NCBI GenBank assembly: GCA_973895155.1 | Contig: OZ316894.1 | Coordinates: 15,244,699 to 15,308,698 of the forward strand | DNA length: 64,000 bases | Reading direction: 5' to 3' | Origin: Marsupella aquatica | Taxonomy: Eukaryota > Plantae > Marchantiophyta | In this document: positions 1 through 13,100 of the stretch, piece by piece | How the letters are laid out: the number at the start of each line of letters is the position of its first letter | How positions within the stretch are numbered: the first letter of the stretch is position 1 | The notes under the pieces: model-generated | Databases searched by the model: none | What the model saw: the letters and a program-made list of their open reading frames with translations, nothing else | What the model was told of the DNA's origin: nothing | Position numbers and translations under genes: made by a program

Positions 1-7
1 AATCTAC

Positions 8-577
8 TTGCTGGGCTCTGTTTGGCTGAAGACTTTGGTGGGTATGCTGCCTCTTCCAGACCGTCAGGCCCTATGTAGGGTCCTCCTACGGGTTGCATCG
101 TGCATGGCTACTGCTTGGGCTTACTTGTGTGGATTGGTAACTAGACAGAGTGTAGCTCCATCCGAGATAATGCCTGCAGACCTTGGATGTGTTGTGAATG
201 CTGTGGTGAATGAGGATGCACAGTCGGAAGAGGACATTTACTTTTCAGCAGATGAGTTAGACAAGCACGATGCTGTAGGTGGTTCCTTGTTGCCTGATTT
301 GGCAGATGATATAGTTCTTACACATGTCTGGCCGAGGGTTCTTGTGGTGTCTGGTGCACAAGATATCTGCAAATATAGACTAATTAGTACCCAGTGGAGG
401 GACTTGGTAGCAACATGTGCACCATGGAGGGCACTGCTGCCACTGCTTGTAGGCACGGATCGAAGACCACCATGGCATGAGCAGGGTTTAGACCTTGATG
501 ACTTAATGTACATGCCTGAGTACCTCAGGGCTGAGTGGCATCGACAACAGGATTGGTATCCGTATTTGATGTGGTAG
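8..577 (+). CDS. F-box-like protein, probably 5'-incomplete; apparently inside the CACTA element
   Basis: LLPDLADDIVLTHVWPRV...CKYRLISTQWRDLV fits the plant F-box pattern (LPxLPxDI...C+.R.VS+.WR.L). No CACTA 5' terminus seen between it and the transposase. Confidence 0.45.
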   Translation: MLGSVWLKTLVGMLPLPDRQALCRVLLRVASCMATAWAYLCGLVTRQSVAPSEIMPADLGCVVNAVVNEDAQSEEDIYFSADELDKHDAVGGSLLPDLADDIVLTHVWPRVLVVSGAQDICKYRLISTQWRDLVATCAPWRALLPLLVGTDRRPPWHEQGLDLDDLMYMPEYLRAEWHRQQDWYPYLMW

Positions 578-903
578 TAAGATGAGGACATCTCACACCG
601 GTCTCGCACCTGGCACCTGTGTCTATGACTATACATGATTGGACTCTGATATGGTCATGGATGTACGTGCAGAGGCAGTACATGTGAGGACAGCGGAGGA
701 GTTGACACCCTCAAACATTTAGGAATTTTGTCTCATTCACTTGAGAATAGGTACATGACTCAGGCACCTATATTTTTTGTTTTTTTGTTTTTTTGGAACG
801 TTACGTATTTTGGCAAGTACAGTCGGGGGTGAAATCCTTAACAGGAAGTGTATTTTTCACTTGCATAATAAAATGACAGGGTGCTGAGTGCGTGTGTATA
901 GTG

Positions 904-2768
904 ATGGCTCCAAGGTTGCCTCTTCACAACCCATTTAGGATTAGGCATCATGATTCTAAATTGTGGATGCGTGAACAAGCCCGGGCCGCCCAAGGTAGGA
1001 GTAGGAGGATGAGATGCCCATGCACACAGTGCCAAGGATTCAAGTCGTTGAGTTTGAACACTGTGCACCTTCACCTGCTGCGGCATGAAAGGCACCCTCG
1101 GTGGAGGGTTTGGAATGTACCAGCAGAAGAAGACTCCTCTGATGAAGAGTGGAGAGCTGACTTTGTGGATTCTAATACAGCTAGGCGTAGAGACTACGTA
1201 GAGCAGGACATAGACTGTGCAAAGGATGGTCCTGGGGTCCAACATGAGAACGTGGATGACCAAGATGGAGATGGAGAGGCAGTCACTGAGGACGGTGGGA
1301 TGGATGTCCCAAGAATGGTTCAAGAGATTTTTGAAGACCTTGATGCTTTTTACGACACAGTGGAATCAGAAGAGGACAATGAACCGCAGCCACACATTGG
1401 CGACGGCCAAGCTGAACCTGACTTTGACATTGGGGAAGGTGCAGCAGAGAGGGAGTGGGTGTTTGGGGGCCCAAAACACATCAAAGAAGCTTGCATTCCT
1501 ATCTACGAGGGGTCGAACTGCTCCAAGCTGGGTTTTGTCGTGTTGTTGTTGAACATCTGTGGCAATCACAATGTTCCCAATATATTTGTGATAGAGTTGT
1601 TGACCTTCCTGCGCCGAAATGTGTTACCAGATGGTAATTCAATTCCAAAAACTATGTACGAGGCTAGGAAATTGATGTCTAACCTTGGGCTGAACTATGT
1701 GTCTATTGACGCATGCCCTGATGGGTGTGTTCTCTTTCGCAAAGAGCATGCAGATAAATTGACATGCCCTCATTGTGGTAAGCACAGGTACAAGAATGTA
1801 GGGAAATGTACACACCCTGCCAAGGTTCTTCGTCATTTTCCTCTCATTCCTAGACTACAACGTCTGTTTAGATGCCCTGCCATTTCCAAGCTGATGACAT
1901 GGACTCCTGATAACAAGAGCAGTGATGGCCTGCAGCGTCACATTGGAGATTCCAACCATTGGAAATTTGTTGATGAGAGGTGGCCACAGTTTGCTGCAGA
2001 GAAGCGGAACTTTAGATTTGGTCTATCACTGGATGGAGTAAACCCATTTGGAGACAAAAACAACCGTTATTCATGTTGGCCGGTTACGCTGCTAAATTAC
2101 AACCTTCCCCCATGGATGACTACAAAGAGGTTTTTTGTCATGATGGTGCTGTTAATCCCTAGACCAGCTTCTGTGACCGAGCAATTCATAGATATCATGT
2201 TGGCTCCAGCAGTGGAAGAGTGGAAAACTTTGTGGATAGAAGGGGTGTTAACCCATGATGTTCTGAAGGGGCTTCTTCAACCCAGCCCCTTTAGACTGCA
2301 TGCAATTTGTTTGCTGGATATAGCAGATTACCCAGGCCATGACATCATATCTGGACGAGTGACAAAGGGCTATGTGGGGTGCACACCATGTGGGAAAAAT
2401 GTGACAAGTGAGTGGTCGCATGCCTGCACAGTATGAAATTTCAGGGGCATAGAAGGTATCTGCCTGTTGATCATCCTTACAGGCACACACGGTCTCAAAT
2501 TGCACACTTCAACAACAAAACAGAGCTTCGTGGCCCACCACAGAGGGTCACCAGAGAGCAAGTCCTGAGGTGGGCAGCCAGGAAGGCTGATTGGGACAAG
2601 AGAAGTGCCACTGATCGAGAACCTGAGGATCCAGTGGTGAAACACGGTGTGAAAAGACAGACCTTGATGGACTTGGAGTTGGAGTACTGGAGGGTAATGT
2701 ACTTAGCCTCCAGCCCCTGTATGATTGCAATTTTAGACTGGAGCAATGGTGGATTGACGTACTTTTGA
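904..2768 (+). pseudogene. CACTA TnpD/Tnp2 transposase (Transposase_21-type), frameshifted near 2425 and truncated
   Basis: Motifs RCPCTQC, IDACPDGCVLF, LRHFPLIPRLQRLF, FGLSLDGVNPF, YNLPPW; GHRRYLPVDHPYR continues in another frame. Confidence 0.9.
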
Positions 2769-2841
2769 TTGTGGAGTTCAAGGGGAATTTTCTCAAGACT
2801 CTAGAAGCAGCCGCCATGACAGGAACATTGTTAGAGATGTT

Positions 2842-3219
2842 GTGCCACACTATGGGAAGATAGAGGAGATCTTGGTGGTATCATATGACAACCATTCAAA
2901 GTTGGAGGAATATGTCTTCAAGTGCAAGTGGTTCAAAGTGAACCTTGTTGGTCAAAATTGCATTGTACTTCAAGATGAGAGTGGGTTTACACGGTTGAAG
3001 ACAAGTGCCACTAGTGTTCAAGCATCTCATTGGCAAACATCAGAACCATTTGCTTTTCCATCACACTTGGAGCAATGTTTCTACATTCCATACCCTTTAG
3101 ACACCGAGTGGTCAATTGTCATCACCTGTGTGCCACGTTCTCGTTCCATTGTTTCTAAGAAGCCAGATGTTATTGTATCAGACCTAGATGACCTTGAGGC
3201 CGATGAGGACCAAGTGTGA
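2842..3219 (+). pseudogene. CACTA transposase C-terminal DUF4216-like segment
   Basis: YGKIEEI...FKCKWF...EPFAFPSHLEQCFY...WSIV; the intervening DUF4218-type region is absent. Confidence 0.8.
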
Positions 3220-3684
3220 GGGACATATTTATATGCACTTGGGTCCAACCTAGACATTTGTTCATGTTATATTTGATTTGTTCATGTTTGGTGATATAAA
3301 AAAAAGTATTGTCTATATTTATATTTGCCATTCACTTTTGAATGAGTCATACTCATGACATATGTATTGTACTGTTTTATTGTAATCACTTGTGAATTTT
3401 ACATGCAATTTTCTATCTAACCTTTGTTGCTCAATATAACTTATTTCCTACTTATTCCATAATTTTCATTGTCACCCTCGTGTTTCCCTCCTCCGTGGTA
3501 CGTCTGTCCCTCCTCCTCCCTTCCTCTTTTCTCCTCCCTCCTTCCTCTTCCATTGTACTCCCTCCCTTTTCCATCCTTCATTGTACCTCCCTCCATCCTC
3601 CCTTCCTCTTCCCTCCTGCCCCATCCATATATTGGACCATCCACCCTCTTCATTGTCTCACCTCACAATAATCTTAATTTTTAG

Positions 3685-4181
3685 TTTGCGAACAATTTGC
3701 GAAGCTCACAAAATCTCACCGGACTCGCAATTTCTATGAAGCTTCTCGTTTCTCAATATTTCCATACTATACTATTCGCAAACTTGTGCTGCAAAATCAA
3801 TCACAAATTTCATATTCTCACCGTTTCGCAAATCTTCCATCCTCCGATATTCTTAAACTTGTCAAACAAGTACTATCGCAAAACATTTTCAATCCAACCT
3901 TCTTTCGCAAATATTTACATCAGTTAGTTTTGGAGTCAGCGAGCAATTTTGGCGTCTTCAAAAGGCGCATTTCCATTCGGTGCATTTCGGTAAAAATTGC
4001 AAAATCACTTACTTTGCAACGTATTAGCAATATAATGCGCTTCAAGTATTATCTTTGCAACAGGGATAGAATCGCAAATTGCGATGCGGGTTGATTCGCA
4101 AATTATGCCAAGCCCCGCCCATCGGAAATACAAGAGCGTCGACAAAAATACCTTCGCAAAAGTGTCAAATATGTTATAGTG
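3685..4181. repeat. CACTA subterminal repeats and 3' TIR
   Basis: About ten TCGCAA(A)/TTGCGA motifs in both orientations, followed by TAGTG. Confidence 0.75.
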
Positions 4182-4282
4182 ATCAGCAAAAGAAAGCCCT
4201 AATTACTCCATGCTCCCATCCATAGTCTGTTGTCTGCATCCAACGCACATATATTGTAAGTCATTCAAATTTACAATCATGC

Positions 4283-5177
4283 CCGGATTGTTCCTGACTA
4301 GAGAGATGCAGGTCGGTTGGATAGGTCTCGTGCTCCAGTCTCACTGATGCCAAAAACACTATCAACGGCATCCCCTAGAAAGTACTCTACTTCTCCTTGA
4401 CACGGTCTGACCTCAGCTATATGCCGAACATGACTAGTAGTGAGTTTAGGACATGCATCTTTATGGTGTCCGGTTTTATAACATAAGGCACACCATACAG
4501 AGCTATCTTCCAGTACTACTTTCTTCTTTGGCTTTACCTCTGCTATTATAGCCTTAAGCTGCTCGGTAAGAGCTACGATGTTATCTGGCATTTTAGCCTC
4601 TAGCTTGACTTTCAACTTCCCCCTCCTTCTGCCCTTCTTTTTCCTGGATTTTTCTTCTTCAAAACTAGAAGATGACTCACTCTTGCTACTTCCACTATCC
4701 GAGCTTGAGTTATCACTTCTTGACTTCTTAGAATGTTTCTTTTTCTTATCTTTTTTCTTATGTGGTGATCCTTCCTCCGATGAGGAACTCTCAGACTTGA
4801 GCTGTTTCTTCCGGCTTGTGATATCTGCATTAATGTACAATTGAATATCCCTAATTGCCTCGGCTAAAGTCTCTAGGTTCTCCTTCCTAATTGCAAAACT
4901 CATCTTCTGCGGTAAAGCATTCACCAACCATTGAAGTTGCATACCTTCAGACGCATTGGTCTTTGTACGTCTTACCAGCTTTTGGAAGCATTGCAAGAAC
5001 TTCTTGAAGGATTTGTTCTCCTTGAACCAAAGTCGTCCCAACTTCAGCACTGCTAGCTCTGAGGTTCCAATGGGTCGAAACTCCTTTACAAATAGTGATT
5101 TGAAGGTATGCCAGATGGCTTGATCTTCCACATCCAATGCTTTGTACCAGGGCCTAGCCTCACCCTTGAACAGGCCG
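4283..5177 (-). pseudogene. Ty3/gypsy gag fragment, same family as 19709-30903
   Basis: Protein nearly identical to that of ~24890-25793 (EFRPIGTSELAVLKLGRL, CALCYKTGHHKDAC zinc knuckle). Confidence 0.9.
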
Positions 5178-5187
5178 AGGTTTTTCC

Positions 5188-8100
5188 CCGTGACAGGAAA
5201 CAGTAAACAGGAATTATCATAACAGCAAAAATGGTCAAAGATAACAGGAGTTTTGTGCGCAATGCCGAAAGAAAATTCCCTCTTTAAGGACCAAAATTAC
5301 ACTACAATTTGAACTGAGCAACTGTAATATATGTAACAGATACAATTATTATAGACATAAATCTTTACTAGCGCCAAAGATTTTCTACACATGAAGGCAT
5401 CATTTGATAATAGCTCAAGAATGCTTGCAACAAAAATCATCACAAGAGCAATAGAAGTACATATAAATCCTAACCAAGTAAGTATTTGCAATTCTTGAGT
5501 GTTTGGATCTGGAATGTTATGCTCTCTCAAGCTGATCCCTCATTTAGCGCAAGCCAACTCTAGTGCATCTCCATTGACATCTAAGGATAATCAATGAACT
5601 TGCTCTTCCCCTATAGATGAGACGGGAGATGAGATTGTCTTGCTGATTGAGTCTTCATTCCTTTGCTAAGCGTAGACACTCCATATATGGTGGTCCGCCA
5701 AGAGGATTGTTGTATATAACATTATGACCAAAGAAACTGTTAGTTCATCTATGTATATACCAATATTCACGCTCAAACCTATCGTGCACGACGTCAAAAC
5801 TATATAAAGATTATAAGACAAAAGTTTATTCCCCTTTAGACACCCTAATTATCATGCTCAAACTAACTTGAATTATATTGAATCATACTTTGATTTGGAC
5901 GTCTAGTAGTGAGAAACTATCGATAAAGGAGCACATCATATCAAGGGTTCCATGCATCTTCCAAAGTACTACCGAGAAGATTGTAAATGTGTGGATTGAC
6001 CAAAGGTTAACATCCTCACGTAGAGTGATGTGAGCAAAAAGATATACTCTTGCTATCAAATGCAATACACTCTGGTCATTTGAATGCTCTAACCAATGAT
6101 GAGGAGTTTGACATATTGTAAATTTTGATTAAACCGCCTTAGACCATTAGAGGATGCTATGTTCTTTTTTTCTAGTAACAAGGTCAGTAGCCGTGACATT
6201 AGATAATATTAGTGATAATATAACCATTAAAACATTACAAATGATGATATAATATAGTAGCACCACAAAGTAATATAATAAATTGATAATTAGAGCCATT
6301 GGTTTTGACCAAAATTTATAGCAGCGCCTGGCGCTTATCAAAATATATCCTTCAGGCTATAGTCATTTTTGTTCATACCATAGTAGCACTCAACGCCAAC
6401 AAAGAGTCCTCTTTGGTGAGGTCTCATTTACATAGATATTTCTTTATTACTTGCAAAATTGCATGACCTTCCAAAATATCCTTTGGTGTATTTAACAACA
6501 ATAGCAAACACAAGAGATAAAACGGTAATACTACTAGTGAAATAGGTGGTATATCAGTAAATAATTAAAGCTCACAGACTCAAAAAAATTGTTTTTCTAG
6601 AGGGTTTGGGCCAAAGTCACATTACTAGCTTTTGGCGCTAGTAATGTTCCTTTGTTTTTCTACATTTTTTGCGTAAAATTTCTCTTGTAAATTTCTCAAA
6701 ATGGTGCTATTTTGGAGGGTCCAAGCAAGTGTGACATTACTAGCTCCCGGCGCTAGTAATGTTAATTTATTTTTATAGCCCAATTTTCTAAAAAAATTCT
6801 CATAAATACACTCAATATGATGTTATTTTAAAGGGTCCAAGCGAGTGTGACATTACTAGCTCCCGGCGCTAGTAATGTTAATTTATTTTTATAGCCCAAT
6901 TTTCTAAAAAAAATCTCATAAATACACTCAATATGATGTTATTTTAAAGGGTCCAAGCGAGTGTAACATTACTAGCTCCTGGCGCTAGTAATGTTAATTT
7001 ATTTTTATAGCCCAATTTTCTAAAAAAATTCTCATAAATACACTCAATATGATGTTATTTTAAAGGGTCCAAGCGAGTGTGACATTACTAGCTCCCGGTG
7101 CTAGTAATGTTAATTTATTTTTATAGCCCAATTTTTGTAAAATTTTCTCATAAATACACTCAATATGATGTTATTTTAAAGGGTCCAAGCGAGTGTGATA
7201 TTACTAGCGCCCGGCGCTAGTAATGTTAATTTATTTTTATAGCCCAATTTTTGTAAAATTTTCTCATAAATACACTCAATATGATGTTATTTTAAAGAGT
7301 CCAAGCGAGTGTGACATTACTAGCGCCCGGCGCTAGTAATGTTAATTCATTTTTATAGCCCAATTTTTGTAAAATTTTCTCATAAATACACTCAATATGA
7401 TGTTATTTTAAAGGGTCCAAGCAAGTGTGACATTACTAGCTCCGGGCGCTAGTAATGTTAATTTATTTTTATAGCCTTTTTTGCTTAATTTTTTCCCATA
7501 AAGACACTCAAAATAGTGTCATTTTGGAGGGTCTAGGTGGGTGTGACATTACTAGCTCTTGGCGCTAGTAATATTTTATCATTTTTGTTACTCTTTGCTT
7601 ACTTATCTTTTGTAAACATGCACTCATATAGTGTCATTTTGGAGTGTCTTGGTGACTTGAATATTACTAGCTCTCGGCGCTAGTAACATTTTTAAATGTT
7701 TTATACTAATTTTAGCTCAATTTTTTGTAGAAAAATTCTTAAAATAATATCATTCTTAGAGGGGATCAAGCCAAGTAAGATATTACCAGCACCCGAGGCT
7801 AGTAACATTTGTATCTTTTTTATCTTTTTTATTAAATTTGTTTTATGGATTTATGTTTATTATTTCTTGTAATTAACTCTTGTGCCAAAGTTTCTTTAAA
7901 AAATGATGGATGTTTCTACACATAAATGTGTCATTTGATGATAGCACCTAATACTTTTATCAATCAATACGTCAAATAAATATGATTTACGATAGCGCCT
8001 AGGGCTATTATACATTCTGCACAAGATTTTAGGACTATTGAGATAGCAATTAGGTACTAAATTAGGGATTATATCATATAAATATATTCAATTTGTCTCA

Positions 8101-9081
8101 ATTTCTTTTGCATCTGGAGCTATTATGGGATTTATTTCTAGATTTAATCCAAGAGTTTGATCTTCATGACCTTTAAACACATCAAATTACGCCAATTTGT
8201 ATAGTAGAGTATGACATTACTATCATATTTTCCTTGTTCTATACTAGATATTTTGGGGTTGCTAGAGAGTGTCAAACTCTAATCCTATTGTAGCCTAAAA
8301 CTTTTCTCATTTTCTTAAGCACCTCACCTTCTTATGAGAATAATTTAGAAGTAATTCTAATTTTTTTCATGAAAATAACAACAACCCACATATATAGAAT
8401 CAACAACTTGAAAAATATAAAATATGTATTACTTGATTTAATTAGGAATTAGATAAAAAATATTCCAAATGAGGAGTTTTTTGGCCAAGACTCTGTCCCT
8501 CACGTAAGCACTCTTTCAATAATCTTGATGATGATGTACACTTTAAGTCTCCCCCTTAGAATTTAAAGAGGATCAGATTTGGCCAAATGCAAGAAATACG
8601 CACTTGGTTTATAGGAGAAGTATATTGCATTTTTGTAAGAGTTCAACAAACATAGGAATTTGTTGTATGTTAATTGTAAATCTTGTGACTATGTAAAAAC
8701 TATGATGGTATTTTGACTAGCGTCGGGAGGGGGTGTTAATGATAACCCTTGCCAAAATGCTAAGTATCCACTGACAAAATACAAATTACATACTTTCCAA
8801 TAAACAATGCACATTTTGTTTGCCTAACATGTGATGTAATTTGCTAATTATAACCCTTGCAACTAATATGAAAACGTATCATTGTATTTTGGCTAGCGCT
8901 CGACGCTAGTAAACTTATCCCATTATGACAAAAAGCGATAGCCTGGATCATGAATATCATAGAAAATATATTTTTGGCTCTTGAAAATAATTTTTTTTTT
9001 TTGTTGTGAGCGCAAAAACTCCTGTTATCTTCCTTGATTTTTCCTGTTATGATTTTTCCTATTTACTGTTTCCTGTCACGG
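5188..9081. mobile_element. Non-autonomous TIR DNA transposon (~3.9 kb, ~70-75 bp imperfect TIRs), superfamily uncertain, possibly MULE-like
   Basis: Left CCGTGACAGGAAACAGTAAACAGGAATTATCATAACAG... matches the reverse complement of ~9010-9081. AT-rich interior with no intact ORF; no convincing TSD. Confidence 0.75.
6600..7830. repeat. Tandem array of 11 x ~116-bp units, each with a 29-bp palindrome
   Basis: ACATTACTAGC-N7-GCTAGTAATGT starts at 6619, 6734, 6850, 6966, 7082, 7198, 7314, 7430, 7546, 7661 and 7780 (outer copies degenerate). Confidence 0.95.
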
Positions 9082-9994
9082 AGGTCAGGCCCATCGGTTT
9101 TACGTCATGAAGATTGGTACAATTCCCATTTCAACTAGATTTCAAAGGCACACCTTAGTTATCCATTCAATTCCATTTCCTACAACTAATTCAAACATCA
9201 AAAACTTAGGTTTGATTCATGAAATGTTTAAAATTCCATTGATGTGAGTGGTACAAATCTTCTCCATTAGATTCTTTCTCCTAAGCCCAATTTGGCATGA
9301 GAAAAAGACCCACACTTGGTCAAAAATCAATGTTGAAGAAAAGACAATGAATCATGGTCTTGGGAGTCCAAGGCTCCCTCAAAAGGTTGAGATGCCAAAA
9401 GGTTTAAAAGCCTAAAAACCTTTTCTGATCTAAACTTAAGGTCCTAAAAGGTAAGATAAGTCTAAGACTCTATAAATCTAATTCCTAAAGGTACACTAAA
9501 CTATGTCCCTCTATATCCTACTATATCTAACTCATGGAAAGGCTCAAGAGGTGAGAAAGAGATGCAAAATAGTTTAAGCAACACATGCCAAGATATCCCG
9601 AAGAATCGGTTTAGGATATTTTGAAGTTTCTGCTTTTCATGATTTAAGAAATTCTTCATGTAGCCCTTACAAAAAGCTTTCCAACGAGACCAAAAGCTCC
9701 TCCAACCGACATGGGGCCGATCCACAATCATCCGACAAAGTTGGTGCAAAATCCTCAAACCGAAATCCCACTAAAAGCGATTTTCTCCGGATTTAGCTAA
9801 AAGCTATTTATTTTGGATTTAGCAGGAAGCGATTCTTCAGTCTGAAATCCCAACTTCTTCACTTCTTTCTAAAACTTCCTTTTGAGGCTCAAAATAGGTT
9901 AAGGGGTGATCAGATGCTTCCAAAAACTCTCAAGTAGTGACAAAAAGTTTTAAATTGTACCAGTTTTACTCCATAACTCTTATTTGCCATTCCA

Positions 9995-10178
9995 CACTTG
10001 TTCCTTTGAGGATGGGTCATGGTTTCAGGGGTCCAATGTAATCAATACCCCACTTCTCAAATGGTGCCAGAGGTAGGATAGGGTGTAGTGGATGTCTTGT
10101 GGACGCCCTTGGTCCTCCCGCTCGTTGACAAGGATCACATTGTTTGATAAACTGATAGACATCCTTGTGCAAGGTGGG
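9995..10178 (-). pseudogene. Gypsy integrase fragment
   Basis: Matches ~20855-21038 (CDPCQR...PFEKWGIDYIGP). Confidence 0.85.
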
Positions 10179-10180
10179 TT

Positions 10181-13100
10181 TGGCTCCCTAAACCCAAGAT
10201 ACCCCCCTGCACAAGCTGATTCCCACAAGTTTTGCTCTCGACGAGGCCGGTTTTGTGGCTTAGCGACATGGGACGCTGCTAACTCTACTAACATTTTACA
10301 CACATATACTGGACAGATCCTTCATCGGGTCATGAGATACGTAGTCGGCTTATTCTATGCCTTTCCTTGTTTTCCCTTTGTGGTCTTCCTTTAGGTATGT
10401 TTGGATTCCACCGCCGGAATGATCCCCAACTGGCTTGGGTAAGCCGCTGAGACCTCTCTCAGCTCGACACATCCAACTCTTACTACCTTGCTTACTCCCT
10501 TCTCTTGGTTGATGTGGGCAATCTTCAAACAAGTTAATGCGACACACAAATAGCAAAATGACTCCTTCTGACTGAGTTATACCATGCACTTGCCATACAA
10601 ACAGTACTTCTCATACACAAGATCTGCGAACTAAGCCGTGAGGCCAACTCTATTCATCTCTTAGGCATGAGGAAACATGAATATACACAAGGGTCACAAT
10701 ATAACTAACCGAGAGCTTCTTTTACTACTTGATCCCAGCCCTGCTGATGCACTAAAAACTTGCTAAGAAAGAAGGCCCTGAACTCCCCGCAGCCCAGGTA
10801 CTTATCATGGCAGTGGATCCGCCTAATCTACCTAATTGTAATCTACCTATGTACAGCGAGGCAGGAGCACAAGTGGTGCTTTTACCAGTGGATCCGCAAT
10901 CCCACTAATCTAAGTGTCAGGGCCGCCTCTTGGTCCTGATTCTAATTCTAAACTTGGAGATCTGAGCCCGCCCTGCCCTGCCCACTCACGCCTCCTCCCT
11001 CCACGTCCGCCCTCTTTAAAAGGGGCGGCCCTCCACCACCATCATGGTAGCGGTGGCTGGTCCTCAATGGATGCCCCCAACGCTTCCTCCGCAGCCATTG
11101 CTGTAGGTCCATCCTCTGACAGATTACCTGCCCCGGACCGAGTCAACTCTCCATTGGCCTGACTGGGCCCACCCTCGGCTTTGGTCTTAGCATCGGTCAC
11201 GGCCTCTTATACGGCCTCTAGTGGTGGATCCGGTACCCCGGCTTCATCATTGAGTGTCCTGGCCTCGGCTCTGCCATCCCCGCCTTCTAGGGCAGTTGGA
11301 TCCTCTGCCGTGACCTTGCCTGAGGTTGGTGTCGGGTTTACCTCCTTGGTCATGATGGCTTGAGAAGCTACATTACTCCCTGACCCATAAGGTTTCCGCT
11401 TATTCTTCTTCCCTATTTTGGCAGCTGGTCCTTTCCCCTTGCCACTTATCTCCGGCACGGGTGCAAGTGTTGTGGCTTGTCCTTCGGCCAGTACTACTCT
11501 TGGAAACTTGGTTGCCCCAATTGAACTTGATGAAGCCAAGCACTTAAATACTACGGTTTGTTTCTTTAGCCGCTCCATTTGGTTGTCGGCTCGCCGCTGT
11601 AACTTCTCCATCTTCCTCGTGCTTTCCTCCAACTCCTCCTGCACTTCGTCCAGGTCCTTGCGCGCCTCCTCTAGCTCCTTCTGGGCTTCCTCCAATTCCT
11701 TTTTTAAGGTAGCCCTCTCCTCCTGGGTTGCTCTTAGCTCCTTGTCGAGCTCCGCTACGACCTCAGACTCCATTTTATTCATCTTGGCATAAGTCTGATT
11801 GAGCTGGTCGTCTTTCTCACGCAGGTCGGCCTTGAAGCTGGCCGTCAAGGATGCAAGCTCCTGCTGCAGCACAATAATCCTTTGATAGGATTTCCCTAAC
11901 TCGGCCTCCTTCTGCTCAAGGGCTCCGCGGATATCCTCGAGTTCCCCCTTCAATGCCCTTTCCCTTCTCTGAGTCTCCGCCATGGCCCAATTGTTGGCTG
12001 CTATGTGGGCCTCCTCTGCGTCCCTTAGCTCCCGCTTCCACTTCTCTCTTTCCTTGACCGCAACGGCCAACTCCCCCTGGGTTCGAGTTAGTTTACCCTT
12101 GATAATCTGATTATTAGACTAAGTGGTATCCAATTGCCCCTGCATGATGTCTAGCTCATGCCGCTTAATCCGTAGCTCATCTTGGGCTTTCTTGGCCTCC
12201 TTCAGGTCTTCCACCTCGGCTTCCCTTGCCCTAAGTCAATGGATGACCTCGTCTTTCTTTCTTCTCTCCAAAGCCACTGCTTCTTCTAATCGGAGTTTTT
12301 CCAACATCTCCCTCTGGAAAAAAGGTCCCTGCTCCAACTCCTCCCCAAAGATGCTGAGCGCAAGTTCCCCACACATCTCCTCGTACTCCATGGCTCTGTC
12401 TTTAGCATAGGTGGAGTGAGTAGAAGTCATCTGCATCAACGACCGCGGCCTTTGTTCCCAAGCCGCCTTGCGGATTTCTTCTATCGTGGCTGGAGGGCTG
12501 GTTTGTTTTTTTGCAAGCTGCCTGATGTCCTCTGGCCATTCTCCCCCTTGTAAATCTTTCTCCCTAGCCAGGGCTGCCCTCTCTTCCTCCTTGAGTCGCT
12601 CCTGAAACTCTTGTGCCATCTGTTTTATGTCGTCAAAGCTTGGGGGAGCGACATCTGGCAGGGGGGACTCGGGGCTGTTCTGCTGGGTGGGGTCCCCTCG
12701 AACTACTCTTGGAAGCGTGGGGATGAAACGGCCATAGGTCCTTAATTCCTGGAACATGATGGTCCAACCCATAGCCGGAGTCATCATTGCCGTAGTCCTC
12801 CACCGCCTCCTCCACTGCTTGGACTACCGGTTCCCCTGATGCTCCCCTGGTCTTGTTGTGAACACGGCCTCCTGCCAATCATAGCTAGCAGGTCCTAGTT
12901 CCTCCTCTGGCTTCCAGGCTATCTTCTCCCTCTGTTTCCCCTAAACAGGAGCCTTAGGCTGCCTTCCCTCGGCTATAGGACTCGAGGCTCCTACATACAT
13001 ACAAACCCCCGGCTCGTGTTCCGGCCTCCTTCTTTCCTTGGCTCCGGTAAAGGGGTTTTCCTTCATGAGTCGGCTTAGGCCGACCTCTGAAGGAGTCTCC

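Larger units (their letters stand above)
1..4181 (+). mobile_element. CACTA (En/Spm) DNA transposon, right part, internally deleted
   Basis: TnpD-like domains, dense TCGCAAA/TTGCGA subterminal motifs, and terminus ...ATGTTATAGTG (reverse complement CACTATAACAT) ending at 4181. Confidence 0.85.

Noticed and set aside
3441-3684. ORFs in the CT-rich tract; likewise those at 32347-32901 and 33969-34495
   Set aside because: Low-complexity or minisatellite-derived open frames.
6600-7830. CRISPR-like appearance (regularly spaced palindromes)
   Set aside because: The intervening sequences are near-identical rather than unique spacers, there are no cas genes, and the context is eukaryotic.
8150-8330. 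FAR1/MULE-like TIGLEFDTL peptide on the minus strand
   Set aside because: Too short and interrupted by stops to classify the element.
9085-9995. Possible gag/protease remnant of another retroelement
   Set aside because: No motif could be read with confidence.
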